Shown: in pieces, positions 19,240 to 29,831 of the stretch | Numbering within the stretch: the first letter of the stretch is position 1 | How the letters are laid out: every line of letters begins with the position of its first letter | DNA from: Candidatus Woesearchaeota archaeon | GTDB lineage: Archaea > Nanobdellota > Nanobdellia > CAZCWL01 > CAZQAZ01 | NCBI GenBank assembly: GCA_964591855.1 | Contig: CAZQAZ010000001.1 | Coordinates: 7,591 to 71,590 of the forward strand | Direction of reading: 5' to 3' | DNA: 64,000 nucleotides | The notes under the pieces: generated by a model | Seen by the model: only the letters and a program-made list of their open reading frames with translations | Databases searched by the model: none | What the model was told of the DNA's origin: nothing | Made by a program: the position numbers and the translations under genes

Positions 19240-22200
19240 ATGGAGATACTGAAAGCAGCAATTTATATAGTCCTAGCTACGATTTTCATAATAGTTATAC
19301 CAGTCTATCTCATCACGGGTTATGCAACATGGGCTAAGGACTTTGTCTCTTACACAGAGGATTTAAACCTTTACTTCGATCACAATGCAACATTTGAATG
19401 GAGTCCATCGTACATTAAGAGTGATATGGGCTTGTATGCCATATATCTCTCCGCTGAGGTGTACGGAGATGGAAACGCAACAGTTTACCTTGAAACAGAT
19501 GGAGAACCAAAAGTCTTTGAATTCCCAAAAGAAGGAAGTTATTTAACAGGGAGATCTATCACGATACAAGGCAGATCTAGAGGAACAATATCTATAGAAC
19601 CTAAAAAACCTATTGTAAAAGAGCCTACCAAAGCCTCTCTATCAAAAGTTGTTCTCACAGATGAATGTCTAGACACTTGCGACCTTTCAAAGTATAACAT
19701 TTCGTACCCTCTCAAGTTTAAAGTCGTCTTGAACAACGCCACGGTAAGATTAACGAGTATAAAGTATGTGTGGTATAGGAAGTTAGATAAAGTTGAGTTT
19801 ACACTTCCAGTTGTTGGCAGTGACGGAACCTTCTATCCTTCAGAGGTTCTTATTAGGGATCCAGAGGGAAATGTTGTTTTCCAAACTGAAAATAAGAAGA
19901 CTTTATTTGGCAGTACGCCTTTTGTGGTAAAACCTGGTGATTACAATATAGAGTTAGCATTTGAGGGTACACCTCTAACCAAACTTGAGTTCAAGAATGT
20001 TAGTATTAGCGTAGCTTCCAATCCAAAAGTTAAGTTTGAGGATTACTCAACATCAGATTACGTAGCCTTCGCCGTTGACCCTAATTTAGACTTTGAGGAT
20101 GGCAAAGTACAGTTTGTATCCAATGGAGGAGAGATATACAAATGTAAGGATTGGGATTGGAGTAACAAGACATGTAACTCTGCATGGGTTTTCCTTCTTA
20201 ATACAACAAAAGGAGAGGTTGTAACTTTAGACATTAACGAATCTGATCCCGCTTTCGTGGAGCTTGTGAATGTATCAGGTGTTTCAACTCTTGCTGGGAA
20301 TAAGGGTTTTGTTCCACCAATACTTATTGATGGTAAGGTGATAGCAAGAGATAGATCTGGAAGGGAGATAGAGAAATACTCTGCAATTTACAAGTCAGGT
20401 AAGTTAGTAAAGTATAACAATGAGACATACAAGAAGATCTCTAAAGGCCTTTACAATGTAACATTGCTTATTAATAAGACACACGTGAAGAAAGTAGATG
20501 TAGAGAACGCTTTACTTGATAGAGATACACACGAAATTGTGGTGGATGAGCTTGAGCCGGATCCCAATTCTTCGTATAAGCTTGTGTACCACATTAACGC
20601 ATCCTCTCTACAGTTCAAAGCATTAAATGTTAATGTGGTTGCAAAAGGGAATATTGTGTATGAATGTAAAGACTGGGATTTCTCGGGGGGGAAATGTAAT
20701 GGAGACTTAGATCCTGTAAGAGTTGTAAGTCCTGGGAAAGCATACACTCTTTCCCTCAATGATGAAGAAGTAGTTCTAGTAGAGAAAGCAGAGCCAATAA
20801 ACTGTGTAGCTGAGGATCTAAGGCAGAAAGACGAGTTCATTGATGCATGCGATTCTCCTGATGGGACAAGTTTGGCAAAAGATGATGGTGTAATTGAGAG
20901 GCACTTCTATGGTAAATCAACATCGAAGAAGTATGGTGGTGTTTTAATTAACCTTTCATCTTCTAATTTAACAAACTGTACAAACATTGAGAAGGTTGAG
21001 TTGTGTTATGAATGGTGGAGAGGTCCCGTTAAGCCTAAGGATTGTGAGATAAGTGTAGACACAGGCGATGGAAATTGGAATAAAGTTGTGACTTCTTGTC
21101 CGAACAAAGCTGCAAATCCAGGAATTAGTTGTGTGGACATAACAAACTTGAAGTCATGGGCTTGTAGCGACTTCACAAGCGGCAAAATTAGGATAAAATC
21201 CCAACTTGGTGGTGCAGTGGGAAACAACGGAAATTCATATGCTGTATGGGACGCTCTTTACATAAATGTGTCTTATTCTACAAGTAGTACCTTCGTTAAG
21301 TTGATTGATCCCCCTAATGGTACAGAGGACTCAAATGGTCAAGTAAACTTTGTCTACGATCTTTCAGACTATAGTAAGTTCGACCAGTGTTCTTTAATAC
21401 TAGACAATAAAGTTGTAGCGACAGATTATGGGTTTTCCAGAAATAGGAACAGATTCCATGTGGTAGATTTGGACGAGGGCATACATAGCTGGAAAATTTC
21501 GTGCCTCTCTTCAAATGAATATTACAATACAACAGAAAGAATAATTTATGTAACTAGAGGAGGAGCTGGGGGGAGTGTAGAAATTCCTATTGTTATGAAA
21601 AATTCTAGGGAGGATGCAATACCATCTAAATTTATTTTCAAAGATTCAAGTAACGGTGAAGTTGAGCTCGAAACTAATTATGGGGGATTGATCTCAGCTA
21701 ACCTTAGTAAAGGTAAGTATGATATAGATATAATACCCAAAAATGGACGAATAAAAAAGATAGAAATTAAAGGTGCGATGATCGACAAGGACACAGCTGC
21801 TCTAATGTTTTTTGAGGACAACATAACAACCAATGGACCTGTGAATAGATTTGCAATAAATCCACTAATAGACTTTACAAGTGCAAACATAACAGTTACT
21901 GCAAGAGGGACAAGGTTGCTTAAGTGTAAAGATTGGAATTGGACATCACAGACATGTGATGGAAGGTGGACTTTTATTAAGGACATAACTCCAGGTACGA
22001 ATTACACAATCACACTTACCCCAGAGGATCCAGGTTATGCAGAGTCTGGTGCTATAATGTGTTATACTTCTCCTTGTGTGGCTGGCTCTGACCTACTTAT
22101 GTCAAGAGACAACCTTGATACTCCAGAGCCAAACTTCCCAAACACAATTGATACTTGTACGGATGGAACGTCAGGTTCTTATAAATCGGACGAGTCTATA

Positions 22201-25200
22201 GAGAACATCACCGTCACAGACTTAAACTCAACCTACTTTAGGGTAGGAGACACAGTGAAGGTTGAGATTTGGGCGTACTGTTATGGTTCTGGATCAAGTG
22301 ACAACATCAACTTTGTATACGCAAATAACACCTCAGAACCTGTTTGGAAGGTAGTTGATTATGTTGACCCATGTCCTGGCGGTGGCTTCCAGAAAGTGTC
22401 TACTACATTCCAGTTGGAGAACGTAACGGGAAATCATTCTGTTAGGGGTATAATCCAATACTCTGGTGATGTGACAAGTACATGTGGTACAGGTGATTAC
22501 GACGACAACGATGATGTCTCGTTTAAGGTTTATTCTAGTTCTACAGAGAGAATAGTTGTTCCTGACAAAAACTTGTATGTGGATTGTAGAGGTAATGATA
22601 ATATTGAAATACTTGGCTTAAATTGGAATTCGAACATAAATGTCACGTTAAATGTCACATACTTGGAGACAGGAGAAAATGTGTTGTACGAGAATGTGAC
22701 TACCAACTCAAGTGGTGAGTTCTTAAGGGTGCTTCCAATAGCTTGGATTTTAGGTAACGGGAAGTATAAAATATTTGCCTTTGAATGGAACAACACCTCA
22801 CTTAATGCCTCAAGTTCATTTGATGTGGACATCCCAAGGTGTGTAGTGGTAAGGCCTGTTGACAATCAGGAGATATATGAAGGATTTAAGGTGGTGTATT
22901 GGTCGGACTACGATAATGATACATTACATACCTTACGGTTAGATGATGGTTCACCGGAAGGTTATGTGGGGGGATCAACTTCAAACGTTCTTATAAGAGC
23001 TAACGAGTACAACATAAAACATTCTGATTACTGGGATGAGAATGTTACAGTTTGTGGTTACATGGGCTATGAGTACAATGAAAATGGTGATACTAACCCA
23101 CTTGTTAATGTTACAGTTGATACAACAGTTACACCTTATCAAATAGAGCTGACAAATTCTATATCATCCCCTCAATGGCATTGTATTAATGTATCGAAGT
23201 CGTACTTCTCAGATGGCTATCATAAGATAGGATTTAAATGTGAGAACTGTCAAAGTGGTGCGTCTACGAATCAGGAAGTATCTTGGTCCATAATGGCAGA
23301 CTCTAAGCAGAGGGAATCTTACTACTGGAATGGTACAGATTGGATTCATTACAAATATACATATTACATTAGAGTTAACTACACGGAACTTGGAGATGAC
23401 ACCTCAATACAAGCCCACCTTCCAAATGGAACTGTAGATACGATAGATACAATCTTGAAGACGGAGAAGGTAGATCGTGCAGTAACAACGTACAATAACA
23501 CACTTCTTGGGAACTACACATTCTGTGTATACTGGAAAGGTTGTACCTCAAATAGAACGGTAGAATCTGTGGACACTAGCCCTCCAAACATAACAGTGGA
23601 ATCCCCACTTAACCAAACATACTTACAAGATGTTTGGTTTAATGTAACAGCTGTGGACAATTATAAGGTGGGGTCTTGTAAATTCTCATTAGATGGACAA
23701 AGCAATACAACTATGAGCAACGACTCATATACTCACTTCTACTATCATAATAGCAGTATGACTATCGGACAACACAATGTAGTATTCTACTGCAATGACT
23801 CAGAAGGTAACCTTAATCAAACGGATACAATTTATTTCACAGTTGTTGGAAATGCTGCACTTTATGCTGTTAAGTATAATATATCGGACTTTCAGTTTGC
23901 TTCAGACACATACGTTGATAGTGTATTAATTTACTTCAATACATCAGCCTCGAGCACCAACTTTGCACTACTTTCAACGATGAATGTTAGGAAGGTGGAT
24001 GGAACTCTACCCAACGACGTCTACTGTTTAGTTAGAGTTGATGGGAAGAACATAAGAGAGGAGAAAGTGAGAACTGTCAATACGACAGACGATGAAGGAT
24101 CTACAGGGTTAGCACCAGTTAAGTTTTCAGTTGGGCCTGGAGAGCACAACTTAACAGTATCATTCAAGAGAAGTGGAGATGGGACAGTGAATGTGAGCGA
24201 CTTTGATCTTGTTTTACTTAAAGCAAGATCGAACCTTGACAATGAAGTTAGGCTCCAGATTACAAATGAGTCTTACACGCATTCTTCAAGCAGTTTTGAG
24301 CCAGCATTTAACTGGACTGTTGTAAGAGATAATCAAGCAAGCACATATATCTTCCTTAAGCAAACTACAACTTCAACTGCAGCTTCAGATGTAAGCTACT
24401 ACATAGAAAATCTAAACACAAGTTTGAAGTCACCTTACTGGTCTGGTAGGATAGAGTCGGCTTCAGATGTAAGCTCTCTTTTTGGTACACACATAGATTC
24501 AGAGTACGGTAATAGTACTTTCACAATCCAATCAAAGACTCAGACAGGCCAAGCAACAGTAAATGTCTCTATCTTGGATTTGGACCTTAAAGATAGTGGG
24601 GGAAATGTAATAGATCACTTCAACGTGACCAACTCGTCCTCTACGCTCACACAAAACTTGGTTCTATCGCAAGGCTTACATAAGGTAGCAAGTGCTACCA
24701 TAACTCCAAAGAGTGGGGATAGTTATGTAGTATCTGCAGTTTTATCCTTGAACTCAACGAGCTCAGGCACGTACACAGTGATAATTAATTCTACAGACAT
24801 AGGGGAAGATAATTGTAGCTCAAAAAAGGAAATCTATATCCCAGATGGCTCAGCTCGTATGGTTGGTATAGTAACAGAGTGTACAGGTATGAGTATTGGA
24901 AATAGTTATACAATTGACTTATGGGTGAAAGTTCCACAGGGTTCAACATTGAGTGTACTTGACGAGAATCTTGTAGGTCTAGAGGCAAAGGTGTTTGATA
25001 CCCAAACAGGAAATCTTCCTCCAGCACCAAATGATATAACGAATCCAACAGATGGAGCCCTCTTAAAAGGAAGTGTTAACATAACTTGGGACGAGTTCGT
25101 AGACCCAAACGGAGACAGTGTTACTTACAATATCTCCTTATTTAATCCAGATGGAACATTCAACAGCACTATTAATGGCAGTACAACCTTTACTTACCAG

Positions 25201-26352
25201 CTTTGGGACACAACTGGAAGTTACGATGGGAACTACACATTGGTTGTTGAAGCATGTGATCCAAGCAGTGCTTGTTCTAATAGCAGTGTTAACATTAGGG
25301 TGGACAACACTCCACCACAATGGTCAAATGTTGGTGAGAACGCAACCTCAGTAGATCAAGGAGAAAGTGTGAAACTATATGCTTACTGGGCAGACAACAC
25401 CAATTTATCATTTGCTATCCTTTCTACGAATGAGTCGGGAGTTTGGGAGAATAAGACTGAGTACGGTAGTCCACTTGCATTCTCAAGTAAGGAAGGGTGG
25501 TCTAACTTCACATGGTCAAATAACTCTGTGACTGGGACAGTTGCCTGGAAGATATGGGCAAACGACACAGCTGGAAATTGGAACGTTACTGACACACAAT
25601 ACTTCGACATCGTTGCCAATAATCTACCAACTATCTTAAACGTTACAAGTCCTGGCTCTGTTGACCCTGTTGAAGGAGGAGTGAAGTTAGTAGAGATAAG
25701 GTTCAACGCGTATGACTATGATGGGAACTCTGACCTTAACGATACGACTGCTAAAGCAATCATAGATCTACTAGGTACAACCTACCAGAACAATAGTTGT
25801 GTATCCTCAGTTGTCAACGCCACTGTTAAAGAGTACACATGTACTTTCACACTACATTACTACGACAATTATGGAGATTGGTCCATAAATGTCTCAGTAA
25901 GAGACAATTCAAATGCATTAGCCTACAACGACTCAGAGACATTTTACTACTCCAAACTTGCAGCCGCTACTCTTATAAATTCAACGGTAAACTTTGGAAG
26001 CGTCAGTTTAGGTTCTTCGAATGCTACGAACATCAACAACCCTATGATTGTGAATAACACAGGAAATATGGAGTTGAATATAAACATAACAGGAGCAGAC
26101 CTTGTTGGTGTAACAGATCCATCCTATGTGATTGGTGTAGGTAATGTCACTTTCAATGACGATGACAATTCCACAGGGGATGGCTCTGGGAACCCATTAA
26201 AGCATTTATCTACAGATCCCATCAATTATAACCCAAACGCAACACTTTTAAAGAAGAAGAGCTTTATGTATTTATACTGGTGGATAAATATTCCACAAGG
26301 CTTGATGGCCCAAGCATACAATGCAACTTGGACCATACTCGTATACGGGTAG
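19240..26352 (+). CDS. Giant N-terminally anchored, sequon-dense cell-surface protein (2370 aa).
   Basis: Single 7.1-kb ORF. N-terminal TM/signal-anchor ILKAAIYIVLATIFIIVIPVYLI. Three copies of the KCKDWD module are centred at nt about 20140, 20665 and 21925, each followed by a T(L)T(L)..EDPG-like segment. Many NxT/S sequons. FN3/PKD-like segments are present. The C-terminal roughly 270 aa is paralogous to the next gene. Confidence 0.8.
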   Translation: MEILKAAIYIVLATIFIIVIPVYLITGYATWAKDFVSYTEDLNLYFDHNATFEWSPSYIKSDMGLYAIYLSAEVYGDGNATVYLETDGEPKVFEFPKEGSYLTGRSITIQGRSRGTISIEPKKPIVKEPTKASLSKVVLTDECLDTCDLSKYNISYPLKFKVVLNNATVRLTSIKYVWYRKLDKVEFTLPVVGSDGTFYPSEVLIRDPEGNVVFQTENKKTLFGSTPFVVKPGDYNIELAFEGTPLTKLEFKNVSISVASNPKVKFEDYSTSDYVAFAVDPNLDFEDGKVQFVSNGGEIYKCKDWDWSNKTCNSAWVFLLNTTKGEVVTLDINESDPAFVELVNVSGVSTLAGNKGFVPPILIDGKVIARDRSGREIEKYSAIYKSGKLVKYNNETYKKISKGLYNVTLLINKTHVKKVDVENALLDRDTHEIVVDELEPDPNSSYKLVYHINASSLQFKALNVNVVAKGNIVYECKDWDFSGGKCNGDLDPVRVVSPGKAYTLSLNDEEVVLVEKAEPINCVAEDLRQKDEFIDACDSPDGTSLAKDDGVIERHFYGKSTSKKYGGVLINLSSSNLTNCTNIEKVELCYEWWRGPVKPKDCEISVDTGDGNWNKVVTSCPNKAANPGISCVDITNLKSWACSDFTSGKIRIKSQLGGAVGNNGNSYAVWDALYINVSYSTSSTFVKLIDPPNGTEDSNGQVNFVYDLSDYSKFDQCSLILDNKVVATDYGFSRNRNRFHVVDLDEGIHSWKISCLSSNEYYNTTERIIYVTRGGAGGSVEIPIVMKNSREDAIPSKFIFKDSSNGEVELETNYGGLISANLSKGKYDIDIIPKNGRIKKIEIKGAMIDKDTAALMFFEDNITTNGPVNRFAINPLIDFTSANITVTARGTRLLKCKDWNWTSQTCDGRWTFIKDITPGTNYTITLTPEDPGYAESGAIMCYTSPCVAGSDLLMSRDNLDTPEPNFPNTIDTCTDGTSGSYKSDESIENITVTDLNSTYFRVGDTVKVEIWAYCYGSGSSDNINFVYANNTSEPVWKVVDYVDPCPGGGFQKVSTTFQLENVTGNHSVRGIIQYSGDVTSTCGTGDYDDNDDVSFKVYSSSTERIVVPDKNLYVDCRGNDNIEILGLNWNSNINVTLNVTYLETGENVLYENVTTNSSGEFLRVLPIAWILGNGKYKIFAFEWNNTSLNASSSFDVDIPRCVVVRPVDNQEIYEGFKVVYWSDYDNDTLHTLRLDDGSPEGYVGGSTSNVLIRANEYNIKHSDYWDENVTVCGYMGYEYNENGDTNPLVNVTVDTTVTPYQIELTNSISSPQWHCINVSKSYFSDGYHKIGFKCENCQSGASTNQEVSWSIMADSKQRESYYWNGTDWIHYKYTYYIRVNYTELGDDTSIQAHLPNGTVDTIDTILKTEKVDRAVTTYNNTLLGNYTFCVYWKGCTSNRTVESVDTSPPNITVESPLNQTYLQDVWFNVTAVDNYKVGSCKFSLDGQSNTTMSNDSYTHFYYHNSSMTIGQHNVVFYCNDSEGNLNQTDTIYFTVVGNAALYAVKYNISDFQFASDTYVDSVLIYFNTSASSTNFALLSTMNVRKVDGTLPNDVYCLVRVDGKNIREEKVRTVNTTDDEGSTGLAPVKFSVGPGEHNLTVSFKRSGDGTVNVSDFDLVLLKARSNLDNEVRLQITNESYTHSSSSFEPAFNWTVVRDNQASTYIFLKQTTTSTAASDVSYYIENLNTSLKSPYWSGRIESASDVSSLFGTHIDSEYGNSTFTIQSKTQTGQATVNVSILDLDLKDSGGNVIDHFNVTNSSSTLTQNLVLSQGLHKVASATITPKSGDSYVVSAVLSLNSTSSGTYTVIINSTDIGEDNCSSKKEIYIPDGSARMVGIVTECTGMSIGNSYTIDLWVKVPQGSTLSVLDENLVGLEAKVFDTQTGNLPPAPNDITNPTDGALLKGSVNITWDEFVDPNGDSVTYNISLFNPDGTFNSTINGSTTFTYQLWDTTGSYDGNYTLVVEACDPSSACSNSSVNIRVDNTPPQWSNVGENATSVDQGESVKLYAYWADNTNLSFAILSTNESGVWENKTEYGSPLAFSSKEGWSNFTWSNNSVTGTVAWKIWANDTAGNWNVTDTQYFDIVANNLPTILNVTSPGSVDPVEGGVKLVEIRFNAYDYDGNSDLNDTTAKAIIDLLGTTYQNNSCVSSVVNATVKEYTCTFTLHYYDNYGDWSINVSVRDNSNALAYNDSETFYYSKLAAATLINSTVNFGSVSLGSSNATNINNPMIVNNTGNMELNINITGADLVGVTDPSYVIGVGNVTFNDDDNSTGDGSGNPLKHLSTDPINYNPNATLLKKKSFMYLYWWINIPQGLMAQAYNATWTILVYG
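25834..25964 (+). repeat. 131-nt perfect direct repeat (copy 1 of 2; copy 2 at 26694..26824).
   Basis: Read directly. tacacatgtactttcacactacattactacgacaattatggagattggtccataaatgtctcagtaagagacaattcaaatgcattagcctacaacgactcagagacattttactactccaaacttgcagc is identical at both sites. Flanking coding sequence has diverged. Confidence 0.85.
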
Positions 26353-26358
26353 GTAAAG

Positions 26359-27219
26359 ATGGAGTGGACAAAATACTTGTCATTAGTTTTTGTATCGTTG
26401 TTTATAGTAGGGACAGTATTAGCAGCAGATGTCACATCCGAAAGTGAACAAGTAAATGCAACACTTATCCTTACAAACTCTCCACCAACAATAGATTCTG
26501 TTACTCCAGGTTCTACGACATACGATCCTGTAGAGGCAGGTACAACACTAGTAACCATCTACTTTGTTGCTTCGGATTCAAATGGCGTTAGTGACATAGA
26601 TGACTCAACAGCACAAGCAGTCATAACAAATGGAGCTACAACCTATACTAACACATCTTGCGTTGGAACAGACTTAGATGCAGACTCTGTTAACTACACA
26701 TGTACTTTCACACTACATTACTACGACAATTATGGAGATTGGTCCATAAATGTCTCAGTAAGAGACAATTCAAATGCATTAGCCTACAACGACTCAGAGA
26801 CATTTTACTACTCCAAACTTGCAGCTCTTGAGTTAATAAACACACCAATAGACTTTGGTAGCTTAACTTTAGGAACCAACGATAATCCAAACCAGAATAA
26901 CCCATTAAAGATTAACAACACAGGTAACCTTGCACTTAACATAAACATAACAGGAGCAGACCTTGTTGGTGTAACAAACCCAGCATACAAGATAGGTGTG
27001 GGTAATGTAACAGTAGATGACGATGCAACATTAAATGAGGGAACAGAAACGGGTAACAACGAATTAACTTTAAGCACATCTGCACAGACCTACAATCCAA
27101 ATGGATCACCTGTAGCTAAACAAAGTACAGCAGACTTGTACTTCTGGATAGACTTACCATCAGTAGGATTGATAGCACAACAGTACAATGCAACTTGGAC
27201 CATAACAGGATTCGAGTGA
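26359..27219 (+). CDS. Secreted protein, stand-alone paralog of the C-terminal domain of the preceding giant protein.
   Basis: 286 aa with signal peptide MEWTKYLSLVFVSLFIVGTVLAA. Aligns along its length to the last roughly 270 aa of ORF 19240..26352, including an identical CTFTLHYYDNYGDWSINVSVRDNSNALAYNDSETFYYSKLAA segment. Starts 7 nt after the giant ORF stop. Confidence 0.7.
   Translation: MEWTKYLSLVFVSLFIVGTVLAADVTSESEQVNATLILTNSPPTIDSVTPGSTTYDPVEAGTTLVTIYFVASDSNGVSDIDDSTAQAVITNGATTYTNTSCVGTDLDADSVNYTCTFTLHYYDNYGDWSINVSVRDNSNALAYNDSETFYYSKLAALELINTPIDFGSLTLGTNDNPNQNNPLKINNTGNLALNINITGADLVGVTNPAYKIGVGNVTVDDDATLNEGTETGNNELTLSTSAQTYNPNGSPVAKQSTADLYFWIDLPSVGLIAQQYNATWTITGFE
26694..26824 (+). 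repeat. 131-nt perfect direct repeat (copy 2; copy 1 at 25834..25964). A second identical 36-nt block lies at 26080..26115 = 26941..26976.
   Basis: Same string as copy 1. The second block is ataaacataacaggagcagaccttgttggtgtaaca. Confidence 0.85.
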
Positions 27220-27226
27220 GTAGCTT

Positions 27227-28816
27227 ATGAGACTTAAATCCTTACTTTTACTTTACTTAGTTTTATCTTTAGCTGTAAGTTTTAGTTTCGCATGGGGTAT
27301 AACTTCTGATAAGCCTTACATTACTATGAATCCTGGGGAGACTAGAGAGTTTAGCATAAGGCTTCAAAATGCTGGGAATGAGGATAAGTATATAACCTAT
27401 ACTGTACTTGATGAGTATGGTGTTGTCAAGGGAGCTGATGTGAAACCTCCAATATTTCTCCCAGCTAACACAACCACACACCCCATAGAGATAAAATTTA
27501 CTCTCCACTTACCAAGGAATGCTAGTCTTCCTTACTACAATGTCACTTTCTTATTTTCGGAGAAGGCACAAAATGGACAGGGGGTAAGTCTTGGGATACA
27601 ACTTACAAGGAAGGTAGTTATAAGAAATTCATTCGTTGAAGAGCCTATCATCAAAGATTACTCTAAGCTAATCTTTGCTGGAGAGTTAGTCTTGTTAAGT
27701 GTTGTGATAGTGTGTGTAGGGATTTATGTTAGGAAGATCGTCGAAAGGAAGACAGAGGAGGCTAAGAAAAGAAAAAAGAAGCTTGAACACCTAAAGAAAA
27801 GTGTAGTTAAGCTTGTGTTTCTTATGCTTTTGTTATCCTTCGCAGCAAGCCTTACACTTGCAGACGAGACAGAAGCTACACTTAACCTAACAGAGAACAA
27901 CGCCACTCTTACCATAAATTCCCCTATAGAAATTAATGTTCAAGAGGACGCTGATTTCATAGCCAAGTACTATGTTGGAAACATGTCAATTCCTGATGCA
28001 ACGTGCACTCTTAGAATTGGAAACGACGTTTACTCTATGGATTATGTTTCTTCAAGGCAGCACTACGAGAGAATGGTTAGGTTTTATGTTCCAGGAGAGT
28101 ACACTTTTAATGTCTCATGCAAGGCGCCAGGTTATGAATATAAGTCAGAGCTTGGAACTGTTTATGTAAGAGCAGCGTCTAAGTCCACCAGCAAGGGCTT
28201 TTTATTCCAGAGAGAAAACTTACCAAACTTTGTGAAGGGAAACTTCTCAGATGTGCAAGTTTTCATTTACTTGAAGAAAGGTGTCAGCAATCCCAATATA
28301 ACTTTTGAGAGGTGTGAGAATCAAACTTTAGAAGGTTACTTACTTTATACTTGCTTTTACATTGATGTGAACTTCGACAAAGAGCTCATAAACAAAACAG
28401 TAATTATGTTCAACATCTCACATAGGTGGATACAAGACAATGATATTAATGTCTCAACAATAACTTTCATTAAAGATGGTGAGAGGATTGATGTTGAGCT
28501 AGTGGAGGAAAATGGATTTGGTTTAGTTTACAAGTATGAATCTGACTCACTTTCTTTGTTTTCCGTATTCGCTAAGAAAAATATTTATCCGACTATAGAT
28601 TACTGGACCATGCTAAAGATTGTTATGGACTACTACGATGGGAAAGTTCCATTCTCGAAAGTTGAGGACGCATTGAAAACTTACTATGGTAACTTCAGTG
28701 GTAAAGGTGTGGCATCAACGTATCCATTTAAGGAACCTTTGAATCAAGACATAGCTATACTGCTCTTAGTATTTATACTGTTCACTTTATTGAGCTTTAG
28801 GGGTGTGAAGAGATGA
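27227..28816 (+). CDS. Membrane protein with CARDB-like N-terminal domain; possibly two fused type-I membrane modules.
   Basis: 529 aa. Signal peptide, then a CARDB-like segment (ITMNPGETREFSIRLQNAGNEDKYITYTV), TM, basic stretch KKRKKK, a second signal-like hydrophobic segment (FLMLLLSFAASLTLA), a second ectodomain, and a C-terminal TM. Confidence 0.5.
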   Translation: MRLKSLLLLYLVLSLAVSFSFAWGITSDKPYITMNPGETREFSIRLQNAGNEDKYITYTVLDEYGVVKGADVKPPIFLPANTTTHPIEIKFTLHLPRNASLPYYNVTFLFSEKAQNGQGVSLGIQLTRKVVIRNSFVEEPIIKDYSKLIFAGELVLLSVVIVCVGIYVRKIVERKTEEAKKRKKKLEHLKKSVVKLVFLMLLLSFAASLTLADETEATLNLTENNATLTINSPIEINVQEDADFIAKYYVGNMSIPDATCTLRIGNDVYSMDYVSSRQHYERMVRFYVPGEYTFNVSCKAPGYEYKSELGTVYVRAASKSTSKGFLFQRENLPNFVKGNFSDVQVFIYLKKGVSNPNITFERCENQTLEGYLLYTCFYIDVNFDKELINKTVIMFNISHRWIQDNDINVSTITFIKDGERIDVELVEENGFGLVYKYESDSLSLFSVFAKKNIYPTIDYWTMLKIVMDYYDGKVPFSKVEDALKTYYGNFSGKGVASTYPFKEPLNQDIAILLLVFILFTLLSFRGVKR

Positions 28817-29277
28817 GAAGAACATTGTTGATCCTAGTTTTAACATTGATTTTGCCTACAGTCATTGCTGGCAATGTCTCTTTAGAGAGGGATTATAATA
28901 GTCAAATAACCACATCTAACACTTTAGTAATCAAGCTCAACATCAGCACAACGTCTCAAGCAGATGTTGCTGAGTTTATACCATTACAGTTTAAGTTACT
29001 CAACTGGACAGCAAGCTGCCCTGTGCAGTTCGATAAAAAGATGGTGGGTGATAGACTAGTTTTGCATTTCAAGACGAATTCAAGTTGCACAATAAGCTAC
29101 ACTCTTCTCCCAACCTCTAGTGGAGAATATGAATTCACCTCCATATTAACTTCTTTGGACAGCGTTAAAAAGGAAACATTTCCTGTTAAGGTTCTTCAAA
29201 CCTACAACTTTGACTTTGTGTACATACTTGTATTCTTGCTTCTATTGGGATTACTAATTAAGGTGACGTCCAAATGA
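28813..29277 (+). CDS. Small type-I membrane-anchored extracellular protein (hypothetical).
   Basis: 154 aa. N-terminal signal peptide, C-terminal TM (FVYILVFLLLLGLLI), sequons. Start overlaps the previous stop (ATGA). Confidence 0.5.
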   Translation: MRRTLLILVLTLILPTVIAGNVSLERDYNSQITTSNTLVIKLNISTTSQADVAEFIPLQFKLLNWTASCPVQFDKKMVGDRLVLHFKTNSSCTISYTLLPTSSGEYEFTSILTSLDSVKKETFPVKVLQTYNFDFVYILVFLLLLGLLIKVTSK

Positions 29278-29831
29278 AAAAGATGATTCCATTGCTTGCA
29301 GTTCTCATCCTCTCCACAAGTTTAGTTTATGGTATAAACATTAAAAGTGAGAGCGCTTCTTTCTTAGGTCAGGCTATAGACTTCTCCATAGAAGCCAAAC
29401 CAAGCGAATTAAACACATTTGTTTTAGTTCTTCCAGATGATGCGAATCTTGTAGATTGGAACTTCAACAAAGTAAAGTATGATTACTCATACGAAGCTAG
29501 AGGAGGGCAGATTATTCATACGTGGGATAATCTGTCTTATAGCAAATACTTAAGCTTCAACGCAAAGATCTCTTTTAATAAACCTGGTGAAAGGGAGTTT
29601 TTAATCTTCTATAAAGGTGCAAATGAGAGCATGGTAAGAAAAAAAGTCTATGTCTCAGATAAAAGTCTTTGTGGTAATGGACTTTGTGACAAGAATGAGG
29701 AATACACCTGTCCACAAGATTGCAAGAAGTTCGAGTTGCCAACCATTCCGAAGTGGGTATGGATTGTTCTCATAGTTGTTTTGATCTTAGTCTTGGTCTT
29801 AGCATATGTGAAGCTAAGATTTTGGTACTAA
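29274..29831 (+). CDS. Small type-I membrane-anchored extracellular protein (hypothetical).
   Basis: 185 aa. Signal peptide, a Cys-rich CGNGLCDKNEEYTCPQDC segment, C-terminal TM (WVWIVLIVVLILVLVLAYV). Start overlaps the previous stop. Confidence 0.5.
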   Translation: MKKMIPLLAVLILSTSLVYGINIKSESASFLGQAIDFSIEAKPSELNTFVLVLPDDANLVDWNFNKVKYDYSYEARGGQIIHTWDNLSYSKYLSFNAKISFNKPGEREFLIFYKGANESMVRKKVYVSDKSLCGNGLCDKNEEYTCPQDCKKFELPTIPKWVWIVLIVVLILVLVLAYVKLRFWY

